A stretch of 62,567 nt of DNA, filler included, from Aduncisulcus paluster (GCA_024181965.1; 14 parts of 14 records of this genome joined end to end with filler, not necessarily neighbours in it), one strand, 5' to 3'; positions 10,112 to 21,963 are shown, counted from the first letter of the whole stretch. Notes: generated by a model from the sequence alone, not told the origin. Made by a program: numbers and translations.

Positions 10112-12933
10112 TTAGTATACAGTTCCATTACATCTCACACATTTTCCCTTGTATTTCATGAACCCACAGTCAGAACACAGCCTTGCTAGAGTGAATTTTT
10201 CAAAACATGTCTTCCCACACTTGTTACACTGGTCAAATTTAGATCCAAAAGCGCACGATGAACACCGCTTGGCAGGCTCGGAAGAAGCACCACCAGCATA
10301 CTTTCCACACAAAATACACTTATCTCTTCCAGAAAATGCACAAGATTGGCAAAGAACAGCACGGGTCTCAGCTTGGCGGAGGATTTTCTTGTGTTCAGGA
10401 TCTTCACTTTTCTTGGCATCATCTTTCTTAGCACTGGAAGAACTAAACATGGCTCCAGAAGCACCCATGCAGGCGAGCTTATACATTTTGGTCTGGAAGG
10501 CCTGGTCTTCTTCCCATTCTTTCTTTGCGCTGAGGTAATGCCCGAAGATCTGATCGAAAAAGCTCAAGAAAAAGCCAAAATGCGGAGGAGTGTGTGTTTG
10601 AATTTGCTTAATAACCTCTTGGCAAGCAACAAATCCTTCTTTTGGATGCTCAAATTTCAAAGGAGAGGCTCCAAACCCAACCTCACATTCCACATGAGTA
10701 GGGTGGAATGAAATGAGAGGATAATTTACAAATGGCAACTTAGGTGAGAACATCATCTTTGTGCCATCGGTGCTCGGGGAAAGAATGAATGAAGGAAGTA
10801 CTTGAGGGGGAACAGCACGAATTAGAGCCTCTTCTTCGTCAATTTCTTCTTCAATACCTTCCCTCATCTTCTCCTCTTTCGCTCTGGTGGCTTCGAGCTC
10901 CTTTTGGGCCTTTTCTTCCTCACTAAGCATACCTGTACACCTAACAACACCAACAAGAACCTTTTCGCTGGCATCAGACTCTTTATCACCATCGTCAACC
11001 ATCTCTCTGGATTCAACTGACCATTCCCATGTCCTTCCGGCATTCTTGGATGAGAAAGTCTTTGGGAAGGCAGAGATATAAGTTGTTCGAAGAGTTTCCC
11101 GGGCAATCCTCTTTCGTTCTTCCTCTTCTTTCTTCTCTCTCCACTCACGCTCTCTCCGCTCTCTCTTTTCCCTCTTCTCTCGCTCGATTCTCTCAATCCT
11201 CTTCCTTTCGATCTCTTCTCTTCTTTTTCGCAAAACATCCTCACCAACAAGGGCGCAATCCATTAATTTCTGCTCAAATTCCATCAGTTGATGTNNNNNN
11301 NNNNNNNNNNNNNNGATGAGAAAGTCTTTGGGAAGGCAGAGATATAAGTTGTTCGAAGAGTTTCCCGGGCAATCCTCTTTCGTTCTTCCTCTTCTTTCTT
11401 CTCTCTCCACTCCCGCTCTCTCCGCTCTCTCTTTTCCCTCTTCTCTCGCTCGATTCTCTCAATCCTCTTCCTTTCGATCTCTTCTCTTCTTTTTCGCAAA
11501 ACATCCTCACCAACAAGGGCGCAATCCATTAATTTCTGCTCAAATTCCATCAGTTGATGTTCATCATACTCACGGAGTCTGAGAAGGAACATGGAAACCT
11601 CCGAGTCAGATCCACAAGAGGCATTTATAGATGAATAATACGTTGGAGAGAAAGGATCAAGATCGCCCAAGGAAACAACGTTGGATAGACATTTCCTCAC
11701 GAGTTCTGCCCAAACTTTGCCCCTTTGAACTCCCTTTTTAACCCATCTCAGAGCATAGTTATCAGCATCGGAGAGCATCTTTTCCCTCACACTCATTGAG
11801 ATGTCATAAGCAGGCGATAGTAAAGGATAAGAGAAGGTAAGAGCCTCTCTGAGAATGATTGGAAGTCTGTCAATGCCTATCCTTGAGGAAATACCATGTC
11901 GAACTCCAAGGACATGAGAATCGTGAGTGGCACAGTGGGATAGAATCTTGGAGCAGCATTCTATCGCATATATCCAGAGGTATTCCCCATCACAACGCTC
12001 GAATGTCGGTAATATGGAAGGGAATCCTCTGATATTAATCTCCAAGCGTTCAGGGGGAAAGTCTTCAGCCTGACTCTTGAACCACTCGTCAGTGCCTTTC
12101 TGTATATTGGATACGAGTGCAGGAAGCACGTCAAGAGCTGGACTGACTTTTTTCTCTTCCTCAAGAGCAGTACAGATACCAGGAACAACGGAACTAACAT
12201 CTGTCATCAAATTAATAGCTGCTGAACTTGCCAATGCTAGATGTTTGATAAGATACATTCCACACTCTTCTCCATGCTTCTCTAAGTTCTTACGGATACT
12301 GGCGGAGAACTTGCCAGCTGTTAATTCATTTGCATAGGGAGTGACATTCTTTGTGAAACTTTGGGCAGTACTGTTCTTCTTTGCGCATAAATCAGACAAT
12401 GCAACGAGAGACAAGGCATGTTTGATGGCAAAATTTGATGAGGAAGAGAGGAATGAACCCAAACCTGCAGGGGCTTCACGAGCGAGAGGAGGAGGAAGAG
12501 GGGTGATGGCGAAACATGAAGGAAGGGAGAGAGAAGGGAGATGGAAATTGTTTCCAACAGTAGACTGGTCCAAGGCAGTTTTTGACGAAGCTCTTTCAAA
12601 CAAGGCTCTGTCAACTCTCGATAAGACTGACAAAACGTCATTGCCTCTCCATAATCCACTCCTAAGATTAACACACTCTAGAGCAGCGGAATCAATGTCA
12701 CCTTTATCCAAATACTCTTGAACTAGCTTGAGAGAAGCAGCAGACTGTTGCTGGATGAAGGGGGAGACTGGGATGGGATACGGAGTGGACATGATTTCAG
12801 TGACAATTGGGGGGAAAGATTTCATCACAATGGAATATGGATACACAATACACATCATACAATCCAGTAGATGAGAGTGGATAATGGCAGAAATGAAAGA
12901 GTCTTCCTTGTTATCCTTTCTTCGCTCTGAATA
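10112..12933 (-). CDS. Large protein with a coiled coil, an SPRY-like domain and a C-terminal PHF5/Rds3-like zinc knot; 5'-partial; one gene across the duplicated gap at 11295-11314
   Basis: ORFs 11284-12858 and 10112-11410 join once the duplicate is collapsed. SPRY-like motifs WEWSVE, VLVGVV, YPLISF and EVGFGASPLKF; six CxxC pairs at the C-terminus. Confidence 0.75.
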
Positions 12934-13033
12934 NNNNNNNNNNNNNNNNNNNNNNNNNNNNNNNNNNNNNNNNNNNNTTAATTAATTAANNNNNNNNNNN
13001 NNNNNNNNNNNNNNNNNNNNNNNNNNNNNNNNN

Positions 13034-13640
13034 TTGATTACAAAAAGCAAGAGCGGCATCTTTATCAGCAGATTTCAATTTCACAACATAAACACCGTTT
13101 GCTGGCTTCAAGTCATCAGATTTATCAATTACAGTAATAAATCTAACTTCTGGCATAGTAAAATCAGAGTGGCGTACTTGGCTTGTCAAGAAACTTGACT
13201 TCATTTCACTACGAACTTGAACTGGTGTTTTATCAGTAAAAACATGGCGTTCAGCATCACTCTTAGAAGAAATTATGGCCTTAGAATCATCTTTTTCCTT
13301 TGAAATTCCATCATCGGACAATAAATCAGACTTTTCCTTTTCATCAGATTCTTTGGCATTTTCACCATGACTGGCATCACTATCATGGCGTTCAGTTGGT
13401 AAATCACCAACAATTTCAAATTCTTCATCATTTTCACCTGTATTGGCGTTTTTCAATTGGCTTCTTGTTTGTACCATTTTAACAGAAAAAATTTGGCGTC
13501 AATTATACAATAAACTTTAGTTTGATAGGATTTTGATCAAAATGTGGCCAAACTATACGATAATGCGGTCCAATTTATTAATAAACAGATCTCGAGCGAA
13601 CCAATCTATTTTTAGAATGTCCCTGAGAATGGTCACCACA
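13034..13640 (-). mobile_element. LTR retrotransposon A, 5' end: 98-bp LTR (13543-13640), palindromic junction and gag start
   Basis: On the minus strand the LTR is TGTGGTGACC...GGCCACA and is near-identical to 46452-46548. The ORF MVQTRSQLKN... starts at 13477, 65 nt downstream of the LTR. Confidence 0.8.
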
Positions 13641-14272
13641 ACCCCACCTCAAAACTTTTTATAACACGATATTTCTAGAACAATATTCATTTTTATTATT
13701 ATTTATTCGAATTATGTTTATTTTATATATTTATTTTATATTCTCTGTCTCATAATTTGACATGTAATTGATTTCACAAGAATCAATCTGATCTCCCGCA
13801 AACCAATAAATTGTATCTAACGTTGACGAATCGTCTCCGTGTTATTCGCTTATTTAGTGACTAACACCACAATTTGATCAAATTTTAGAGAATTTTTTTA
13901 ATTACTGTTTAGTAATTCGGTGTTTCTTCTTTTTGCTCGGTGTGCAAATCTATTAGAAGATATTAGTGTTTTACAATGGGAAAAGGTTCCAAAGCAAAAA
14001 CAACGAAAGTTACGGACGTTTCTTCTGGAGAAACTACTAAGGGAAAATCAAAACTCGGAACAAAGAAATCTGGTGTAATTGCTGACGTTCCTAGTGATGA
14101 CTTGATGGTGGAACACGAACATAGCGAAACGAAAAGTCACGAATTGGGTAGTGAGGTGACGGGATCAACTTTTTCCGATGGTGTTCGCAACAACACGCTG
14201 AGCCGTGGTGATTTGGGCTCTACAGCACTTGTGAGGCGTTGGATAAGTATCTAGAAAGTAATAAGGCATTAA
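13641..14272 (+). mobile_element. LTR retrotransposon B, 5' end: 5'-truncated LTR of about 230 bp ending CACCACA at 13871, palindrome, disrupted gag-like ORF (13976-14254)
   Basis: AT-rich LTR-like segment with AATAAATTG, ending ACCACA like LTRs A and E. It is followed by AATTTGATCAAATT and the ORF MGKGSKAKTTKV..., and is cut off by element C. Confidence 0.6.
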
Positions 14273-15504
14273 TGTTATGGTACATCATCATTTAACTGTT
14301 TTATTCTCAGTTCTATTTTTAGACACTTTATTTCATTTGATTTATAATAAATTGCATTACGGTAACAGTATTAATACTCTTTCGATGCAAACAAACAAAG
14401 ATTCTATCACTATTTTGCAACCTCCCTATCTGCGGGAGTTTGATTCTAAGAAGTGGCTTCAGTTCCAACGTGACCTTAGGGTTTATGAGGCCAGAGGCGG
14501 AAGTGCCGAGTGGACAACTTTGGTAGAGCCAAGTTTATTGAAATCACTACGTCTGACTGCTCAAATTGCTGAGGAGGCAACGGGAACTGACCTGCAAGAA
14601 GCGTTAACGAAAAAGTTTGCGGCGACGACGACCCAAGCGTATTACGACCAGCTAAAGGCCTTAAGACTTGATATACTTTCGGCCACAGCATTGGTGAAAT
14701 TTACAGCGGATTTTCAGGAAATTGTGGACCGGCATCCTGATTTTGGCGATGATGAACACGTCACCGGAATGTACCTAAGAGGTCTAAAGATACCCAGACT
14801 ATCAGAAAGGACACGCTCAGAAATCGATACGGCTGGGAAGAAAGATGACCTTACATTCGCGATGAGACAAGCTTTCACAGAATTAGAGGAGATGGTGGCG
14901 ATAAAGGATGAAGTGTTGAAACATGCAACTTCTTTTGGACTCAGCGTACGTACATGCCGTTCATTGGAGACAGGGGGTAAGCGAAGGACCCATACACCCA
15001 TGGGTGGTATACCTGTCAGAAAACCAATAAGGTGCCACAAAGTGGCAAGCTGGGCCATAAGGCTTTTGAATGCCGTACGAGCAGCCCCGGAGTTAGGCCA
15101 GGGCAACAGCAGGGAAAACCAATTACTTACGCTGCGAAAGCCAATGCGAGTAAAGGTTTTGCTGTTTATCTGGAAGTTTTTAAAAGTCAGCTCGCACTGA
15201 GCGGTGTTAAATTCATGGGTTTAATTGATTCGGGAGCTGAACTAAATTTTATAAGCGAATCTGAGTATGAGAAGCTCGACCCGAATCACGAAGCAATATC
15301 TGAAGGAATAGCACTGACTATTGAGTTAACAGATGGTTCCAGGCGAAAGGTATCTACAAGAGTCAGCCTTTTCGTTAATGGTCAGGGCCATGGATAAATC
15401 TCTTGAGTTTTGGATGGATTTCATTTTGTTAGAGATGGAAAGAAACGTCAGACATAAACTGATCATTGGAAGTCAGTCAGCTTTGGACATTGGACTTTTG
15501 GATA
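14273..15504 (+). mobile_element. LTR retrotransposon C: 95-bp 5' LTR (14273-14367), gag, zinc knuckle and protease; decayed
   Basis: TGTTA...TAACA termini; ATG at 14385 (MQTNKDSITILQPPYLREFDSKKWLQF...). The knuckle CHK(C)GKLGHKAFEC is broken by a frameshift near 15040. Aspartic protease motif LIDSGAELNFIS, then a stop at 15397. Confidence 0.88.
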
Positions 15505-15891
15505 TGTAATAATCATGATCTAATTATAGATCTGCTTCTCAATGATCTAATTATAGATCTTTACTTTAATAAATTTGCTCACTATAAAAGTCAACAAGAC
15601 ATTACAATATTAATATTGATTGTGTTATGACTACTCCACAACCTACCAAAGAAAAAGCAACGATTCTCACAGCCGAACGAGGTCCGGACAGCCCCTACTT
15701 GGAAGTGCTCACGACTGCTACCTGGGCGAAGTTTATTCGGGAATATCGACATTACCGAAGCTTAGGCGGTAAGAAACTCTGGCCGGAATGTGTTACTGTG
15801 ACAATACTGGGTGTGGTGAAGGATCTAACAGGCGTCCCCGTTCTCACTTCAAAAGAGAACAGAAAAAAGGCCCTCGAGGCCATGGAAAAGG
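15505..15891 (+). mobile_element. LTR retrotransposon D, 5' end: 102-bp LTR (15505-15606) and gag start
   Basis: TGTAAT...ATTACA termini; ATG at 15627. SPYLEVLTTATWAKFIREYRHYRSLGG aligns with element C gag PPYLREFDSKKWLQFQRDLRVYEARGG. Confidence 0.82.
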
Positions 15892-15991
15892 NNNNNNNNN
15901 NNNNNNNNNNNNNNNNNNNNNNNNNNNNNNNNNNNTTAATTAATTAANNNNNNNNNNNNNNNNNNNNNNNNNNNNNNNNNNNNNNNNNNNN

Positions 15992-17173
15992 GTTGAGGAA
16001 GAAGAGAGAGAAGAGGAAGAGAGAGAAGGGGAAGAGAGAGAAGAGGAAAGAAGAGGATTGAAGCAACACCAAACATCAACTATGAGTAATATCCAACAAT
16101 GCATAGGTCTAAGTTCACAGCTTCTACCGCCTTCACCTCCATTGGGGGCTTCTGAAGTTCTTCTCCATTCACATGATGACAATATAAATGGTTGCATCGA
16201 TGCTTATGGTTCTATTCGATTAACTCAAGATGACCAAGATACTGTAAGAACTCCAATTCGTTCTTCTTCTGCCATCCTTATAAATGTTCCTCCCTTGACA
16301 GCAGATCCTTCATCGATATCCACTCAAATAATCCCCGATAAGTCCCCTCCATCGACTGTTCCATTGGTTAAAATGACACAACGATTTGTCATGGAAACTC
16401 CAAGTCGCGATGTTCATTCTATATGCTGTTCAGGCCAAGAAACCAACGATGCCATTCATGGACCCATCCAAAAAGATATTATCCCTTCTTCTCTATTTTT
16501 ATCTCAAAATACCCCAACTCAATATTACCATTCAGACTTGCATGGCACTAAGGATAAGGATAAAGTCACTACTTCTTCTCTTCCCTGCCATTCTCCGATA
16601 ACTATGTCAATGTTCTCCAAACACACAACTATTCCATTGTCTCATACATCAATATCCACACCGATTCATCAATATAATCCTCAAACTCACACCGATTCAT
16701 CTTCTACAATAGCTCTTTCCCCTTCTTCCCTTCCCATCTTAAGATCATTGCCTCCTTCACTTCCTATATATTCATTGTACGGCGATTATATGAAATTATC
16801 AGAGCTGTTAGCCATGTCAAAACTTAGTGAAATGCATTTGAAATGTCCCATCGAACACCCCAAAGTATTTCACGATTTTGGTAAAAGTTCGATTCTTATT
16901 CGACTCAATCAAGAATCTAAATATAGAAAACAAACCGAATTTCGGCAGAAAAGAATGAGTATGTTCAGTCAGATGTTGATCTCGGAATGTGAGTCTCATA
17001 TGCCAACCGAGCCTTCAACCAGACATAAATTTGGAGAAATGAATTGTGAAGAGAAAAAGAATTTATTAAGACAAACTACATCAAGCTTTATGCAGCATTC
17101 AATTGTTAAAAGGAAAAAGTTAAAAGGAAAGCGGAATTACATCTCGAAGATCCTTTTTGATCAAATGGATTGA
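15992..17173 (+). CDS. Hypothetical Ser/Pro-rich protein, 5'-partial
   Basis: ORF of more than 371 aa open from the contig edge; no domain recognised. Confidence 0.55.
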   Translation, partial: VEEEEREEEEREGEEREEERRGLKQHQTSTMSNIQQCIGLSSQLLPPSPPLGASEVLLHSHDDNINGCIDAYGSIRLTQDDQDTVRTPIRSSSAILINVPPLTADPSSISTQIIPDKSPPSTVPLVKMTQRFVMETPSRDVHSICCSGQETNDAIHGPIQKDIIPSSLFLSQNTPTQYYHSDLHGTKDKDKVTTSSLPCHSPITMSMFSKHTTIPLSHTSISTPIHQYNPQTHTDSSSTIALSPSSLPILRSLPPSLPIYSLYGDYMKLSELLAMSKLSEMHLKCPIEHPKVFHDFGKSSILIRLNQESKYRKQTEFRQKRMSMFSQMLISECESHMPTEPSTRHKFGEMNCEEKKNLLRQTTSSFMQHSIVKRKKLKGKRNYISKILFDQMD

Positions 17174-17424
17174 ATAGGACTTTTAACTTCTTTAATACAG
17201 TTTTATGGCATATAAACATATCGTATAACAAAAGAAACATTTTCTATTCCAACATTATTCAATATTTTTGTAGAATGAGCCAAAATATTTCTTCTCCAAT
17301 ATTTGTCTAAAAAATGATAAGTTTACTTCTACAAATAAATTAACAACACCGAAACATGTGAAAGGGTAACGTTATTTCCAATATTGCTATATAATTTGTC
17401 TGCATAAATTCAAATTTAGATAAA

Positions 17425-17507
17425 CGGCGCGAGTGGGGTTCGAACCCACGCGTGCAATGCACAATTGTTTTCAAGACAACCGCCTTAGACCACTCGGCCA
17501 TCACGCC
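17425..17507 (-). tRNA. tRNA-Ser(UGA)
   Basis: Acceptor stem GGCGTGA/TCGCGCC with discriminator G; D arm GCC-GAGTGGTCTAA-GGC; anticodon arm GTTGT-CTTGAAA-ACAAT; long variable arm; T arm GTGGG-TTCGAAC-CCCAC. Confidence 0.96.
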
Positions 17508-18371
17508 TGATCAGAACTTTTTATTCTTATCCTATACAATTTACTAATATTAAAAACATCTTCAAAATAGAATTTCATTATATACATAATAATTAACAAA
17601 TTACCAATTGCAAATTTCAATGTTCTAAATCGGCTGAGAATTTTACTCATCACTGATCTCTTTTCATCCATTGGGCATCGATAAAACAAACAAACCACAC
17701 CGCAACGTAGTCACGATTGGCTTTCTAATGAAGCAAAATATACAAGGTATCAATATGGTTGGGAGAGATCAATGATATTATTAGTATTCAAAATGATGAA
17801 GTATAGTAGGTTTTGTGAAATCAAGGGGCGAAAGATGAGAGGAAGAAAATAGGTGTTCATGAACTTCATGTTCAAAAATAAAACAAATAAAACAAAAAAC
17901 AAACGATTTTCCATTTCCATAAATCTTGCGAGTGGGAAGAATTTGAGAATGTGGAAATGTCTATTTGTAAGCGAATATCAATATACAAAAAGAATGTGGA
18001 TATNNNNNNNNNNNNNNNNNNNNGATTGGCTTTCTAATGAAGCAAAATATACAAGGTATCAATATGGTTGGGAGAGATCAATGATATTATTAGTATTCAA
18101 AATGATGAAGTATAGTAGGTTTTGTGAAATCAAGGGGCGAAAGATGAGAGGAAGAAAATAGGTGTTCATGAACTTCATGTTCAAAAATAAAACAAATAAA
18201 ACAAAAAACAAACGATTTTCCATTTCCATAAATCTTGCGAGTGGGAAGAATTTGAGAATGTGGAAATGTCTATTTGTAAGCGAATATCAATATACAAAAA
18301 GAATGTGGATATATATTGCGTGTAGAAATAACATAATATATGTAACAAACTATGATTCATCTTAGTAAGTA

Positions 18372-19202
18372 TTACTGTAAGAAATCGTCGAATGCTGGCA
18401 TTTGACTTGGAAGGGCAAGCATATCAAGTGAATTATTCGCAAGATTTCTGTTTGAGTAACGTTGTGGGGTTGGAAAAGCACGACGTTGGACCTGTATTTG
18501 CATTGGCATTTGCATCTGTTGTTGCATAGGCATTTGCATCTGCTGCATTTGTTGTGGCCGTCTGAGTTGAGCAGGAGGCACTCCAAATCCGATAGATTCC
18601 CTTGGTTTGAGGAATTGTACCTTCAATGCTGCAGACACTTCACTTCCATCTTTCCGCAGAGCATCAAACAGTTTCCCACATACTTCCTCGCCAAACACTC
18701 CATGGACTTTCTGAAGGAATAATCTAAACCCAATCCCTCCCATGTTTGCCTTGATAGCCTTTGAGAAGTGGCACAAATGTTCGAGCACAGATGGATCACA
18801 GTCAGACACAGAGAGACGGTATGTTAAGTTGACTTGACCAAGTTCCTCACATTGCACAGCAAGAGCACATCCACACACGGCATATACACTTCGAATATCA
18901 TTGAAGGCTTTCTTGGTGGCAGGTTGTGTATCCTCTCTGAAACTGGAAGATTTATCAAATTCATCAATTTCTTTTGTCTCCTTGTCTTCCTTTCCTTCCT
19001 TTCCTTCCTTACCCACAGAACTCTTCAGGACAATAGAATCCCTCGAGATGACACGATCAACAAACTCAATGAGTGCATGATGATCCACAAGGGAATAGTC
19101 AGAAGAGGACACACCATCAAGACACACGGCTCTGACAGCCAACTGAGCAATCTTAACTCCACCGACAAGCTCAGGAAAACTCCAGTCATACATGCGTGTC
19201 CC
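18372..19202 (-). CDS. Hypothetical helical protein C-terminus with a Q/M-rich tail, 5'-partial
   Basis: ORF of more than 273 aa open to the contig edge; QQMQQMQMPMQQ tract. Confidence 0.65.
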   Translation of the reverse strand, partial: GTRMYDWSFPELVGGVKIAQLAVRAVCLDGVSSSDYSLVDHHALIEFVDRVISRDSIVLKSSVGKEGKEGKEDKETKEIDEFDKSSSFREDTQPATKKAFNDIRSVYAVCGCALAVQCEELGQVNLTYRLSVSDCDPSVLEHLCHFSKAIKANMGGIGFRLFLQKVHGVFGEEVCGKLFDALRKDGSEVSAALKVQFLKPRESIGFGVPPAQLRRPQQMQQMQMPMQQQMQMPMQIQVQRRAFPTPQRYSNRNLANNSLDMLALPSQMPAFDDFLQ

Positions 19203-19302
19203 NNNNNNNNNNNNNNNNNNNNNNNNNNNNNNNNNNNNNNNNNNNNTTAATTAATTAANNNNNNNNNNNNNNNNNNNNNNNNNNNNNNNNNNNNNNNNNN
19301 NN

Positions 19303-21963
19303 CCTCAAGACACTCTCCGCTGGCTTTGTCAAGATAGTACCCATTCCAGCACTCGACAGCCCAACGATCGGGATACACTTCACGACACACTTGGTGAGCT
19401 GCAGAAGACACGGATGCAGAACAATGGCATGTTTGGTCTGAGTAGGTAATCGAGATTCCAGTGGAGAAATAAGTTTCCAATTCATCAACCATTCCTTCAA
19501 TATCACAGATATTATTATCACTGATGTCAAGAGTTGTGAGGAAATTATTTGGGAATATCGATTCTGTGATGAGAACAGATACATCAGAGATGGAGTTGTT
19601 TGAGAGATCTAGGGATGTCAGTTTGAATTGGTCTGTGGTTGAGTCTCCAGAAGCAATGGGAGTCAAGTCAAGCACATCACTGATAGCACTCAATCCACAG
19701 CCACTCGCAGATAATATCCTCAGACCAGAATCAATGGGTGCATACGTCACAGCCTTTGCCAAGATCTGAACAACCAACTTATCATACTCAGCATTGGAAT
19801 TAATATCTCCACTCAAGTCATACCCATCAAGGGTCAGAGAGGTCAGTGAAGTGGCATACTCAAGACCTTGCAGAGTCGTGATATTGTTCACAGTGGTAAT
19901 GGATGAATAAGCGATCTTGATGACCGATGAAAGAGACAATGAGGAAGAAGAGCATGTCAAACCTCTCATCGTGGGAACACTAATGATGCCATTGGATTCA
20001 AGGTCAACATTTCCATTGGGGAGGCAATTAGCAATCAAGTATTCACGAATTAGATCATCATGGACAGTGTAACACTTGCCATCAGAAGACTTGGCAATGA
20101 ATGCACATTGTTTCTCATTCACACCATCCACACTGTTGAACACCTCATTCAGAACTATTGAAGGGCATGACGCATTTGAAGTATTACAGTTATATGGGGA
20201 GTTTCCAGGATCAGTATTAAGAGGACAGCTATTTGGAATAAAGTATATTTCCTTATTGTCGGACTCATGAAATGGAAAGACAGTCGTTATAAATGTCCAA
20301 TAATCGGTATTATCTTCTGATCTACAGAGAGGTATGAATGCAGAATCATATGTATTCGCAATATACATCTCAGACAATCCAACATTTCTAAATGAGAAAG
20401 ATATATCATAGATTTGTTCATTCCCATAAATATACAATAAATGAAATCTATTCAATGTGAATAAAGAATTGAGATCATAAATATTGCCATTAAAGGTAGT
20501 TGAATTCTGATAAAAATATAAGTATGATAGTTGTTCAAGGAAAGAAATAGGATAAACTGATGTTACATCTGTATTTGCTCCATGGAAATAATAAATATTT
20601 ATCAAATACTGAGCACCTTCAAAGGACGTAATATGGGAATTAAATGAATAAATATACCCACTTATCCCAGCCATCTCAAACTCTGTGACATCACACAATG
20701 GATCGACTGTAATATCATATCCGGCATAATCACACACTTTACCTCTGAACAACTTATCAGGGATATGCACGGAATATAACTGGTCACAATCGTCACCATA
20801 CCAAGCAGATCGACACTCAGCAGTTGGAGTTGTATCACCATCTACGAGCACACACATGTGATAGTCATCATTAATGGATGGACAAACATATGTAGCATCT
20901 TCAGCATAACATGAATAATTGGCCTCATCGTAATAATACCCATCCTCACACTCGGCTGCATAACGACCAGGATATACCTCATTGCACTCCAAATGGTCAT
21001 CAATGGTGAATGTACGATCACATTCAGGGGAGTATACAGGAACAAGAGTTGAGCATGAAGCATCGTCATACCAAGTGTCACACTCACATGCATGATCGGT
21101 GGTGTTACAACTTCCGTGACCAGAACATACTTCACCTCCAACAATTGGACACTCACTCGAGCAGTCGTCTCCATACCAGCCAGATAGACAGGGAGAAGCA
21201 CACAGGACAGACGAACTTACGGAATCATAAATGGCGACGACATCTTCTTTCCTCTCACACACTTGACAACGGATAACATTGTCATCCTCAACACCAAGAT
21301 CCTCTGCACATGTCTCGCCAGTGATATCGGATGGGTTAACCGAATAACCACTGGTACACGCTTTTATACATGTATTCGTGTTTTTATCCAAGTAATACCC
21401 ATGCCAACACTCAACTTGGTAATCGCCATCAGAGCGTTGGCGACACGTCTTGTGAGCAAAAAAGGACACATCAGCTCCAGACTCGGAACATGGGCAAGTG
21501 GATTGGTTAGATGCAGTGAGGGTGGTAAGATTTGTGAAATACGATTGGAATGACATCACAACGGAATTAATGTCACAGATGGAGTTACCATTGATATTCA
21601 GAGAAGTCAAAGAATCGCCAGGGGAGATAGATGATGTGATGAGAACAGATACATCAGAGATGGAGTTGTTTGAGAGATCTAGGGATGTCAGTTTGAATTG
21701 GTCTGTGGTTGAGTCTCCAGAAGCAATGGGAGTCAAGTCAAGCACATCACTGATAGCACTCAATCCACAGCCACTCGCAGATAATATCCTCAGACCAGAA
21801 TCAATGGTTCCAGACGTCACAGCCTTTGCCAAGATCTGAACAACCAACTTATCATACTCAGCATTGGAATTGATATATCCACTCAAGTCATACCCATCAA
21901 GGGTCAGAGAAATCAGTGAAGTGGCATACTCAAGACCTTGCAGGGTCGTGATGGAATTCACAG
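19303..21963 (-). CDS. LRR plus EGF-like Cys-rich surface protein, internal fragment
   Basis: LTSLDLSNNSISDVSVL-type LRRs; EGF-like CSGHGSC..CECD and GWYGDDC; a near-identical module at 19565-19882 and 21635-21952. Confidence 0.88.

Noticed and set aside
13641-13650. Minus-strand GAGGTGGGGT before LTR A as a PPT (tandem element)
   Set aside because: It differs from the family-A PPT at 46549 and is better explained as the interrupted LTR B. Not fully excluded.
17425-17507. tRNA as a selenocysteine or suppressor tRNA, or as the retroelement primer
   Set aside because: The anticodon is UGA (reads Ser UCA) with a normal 7-bp acceptor stem. Its 3' end is not complementary to any post-LTR sequence.
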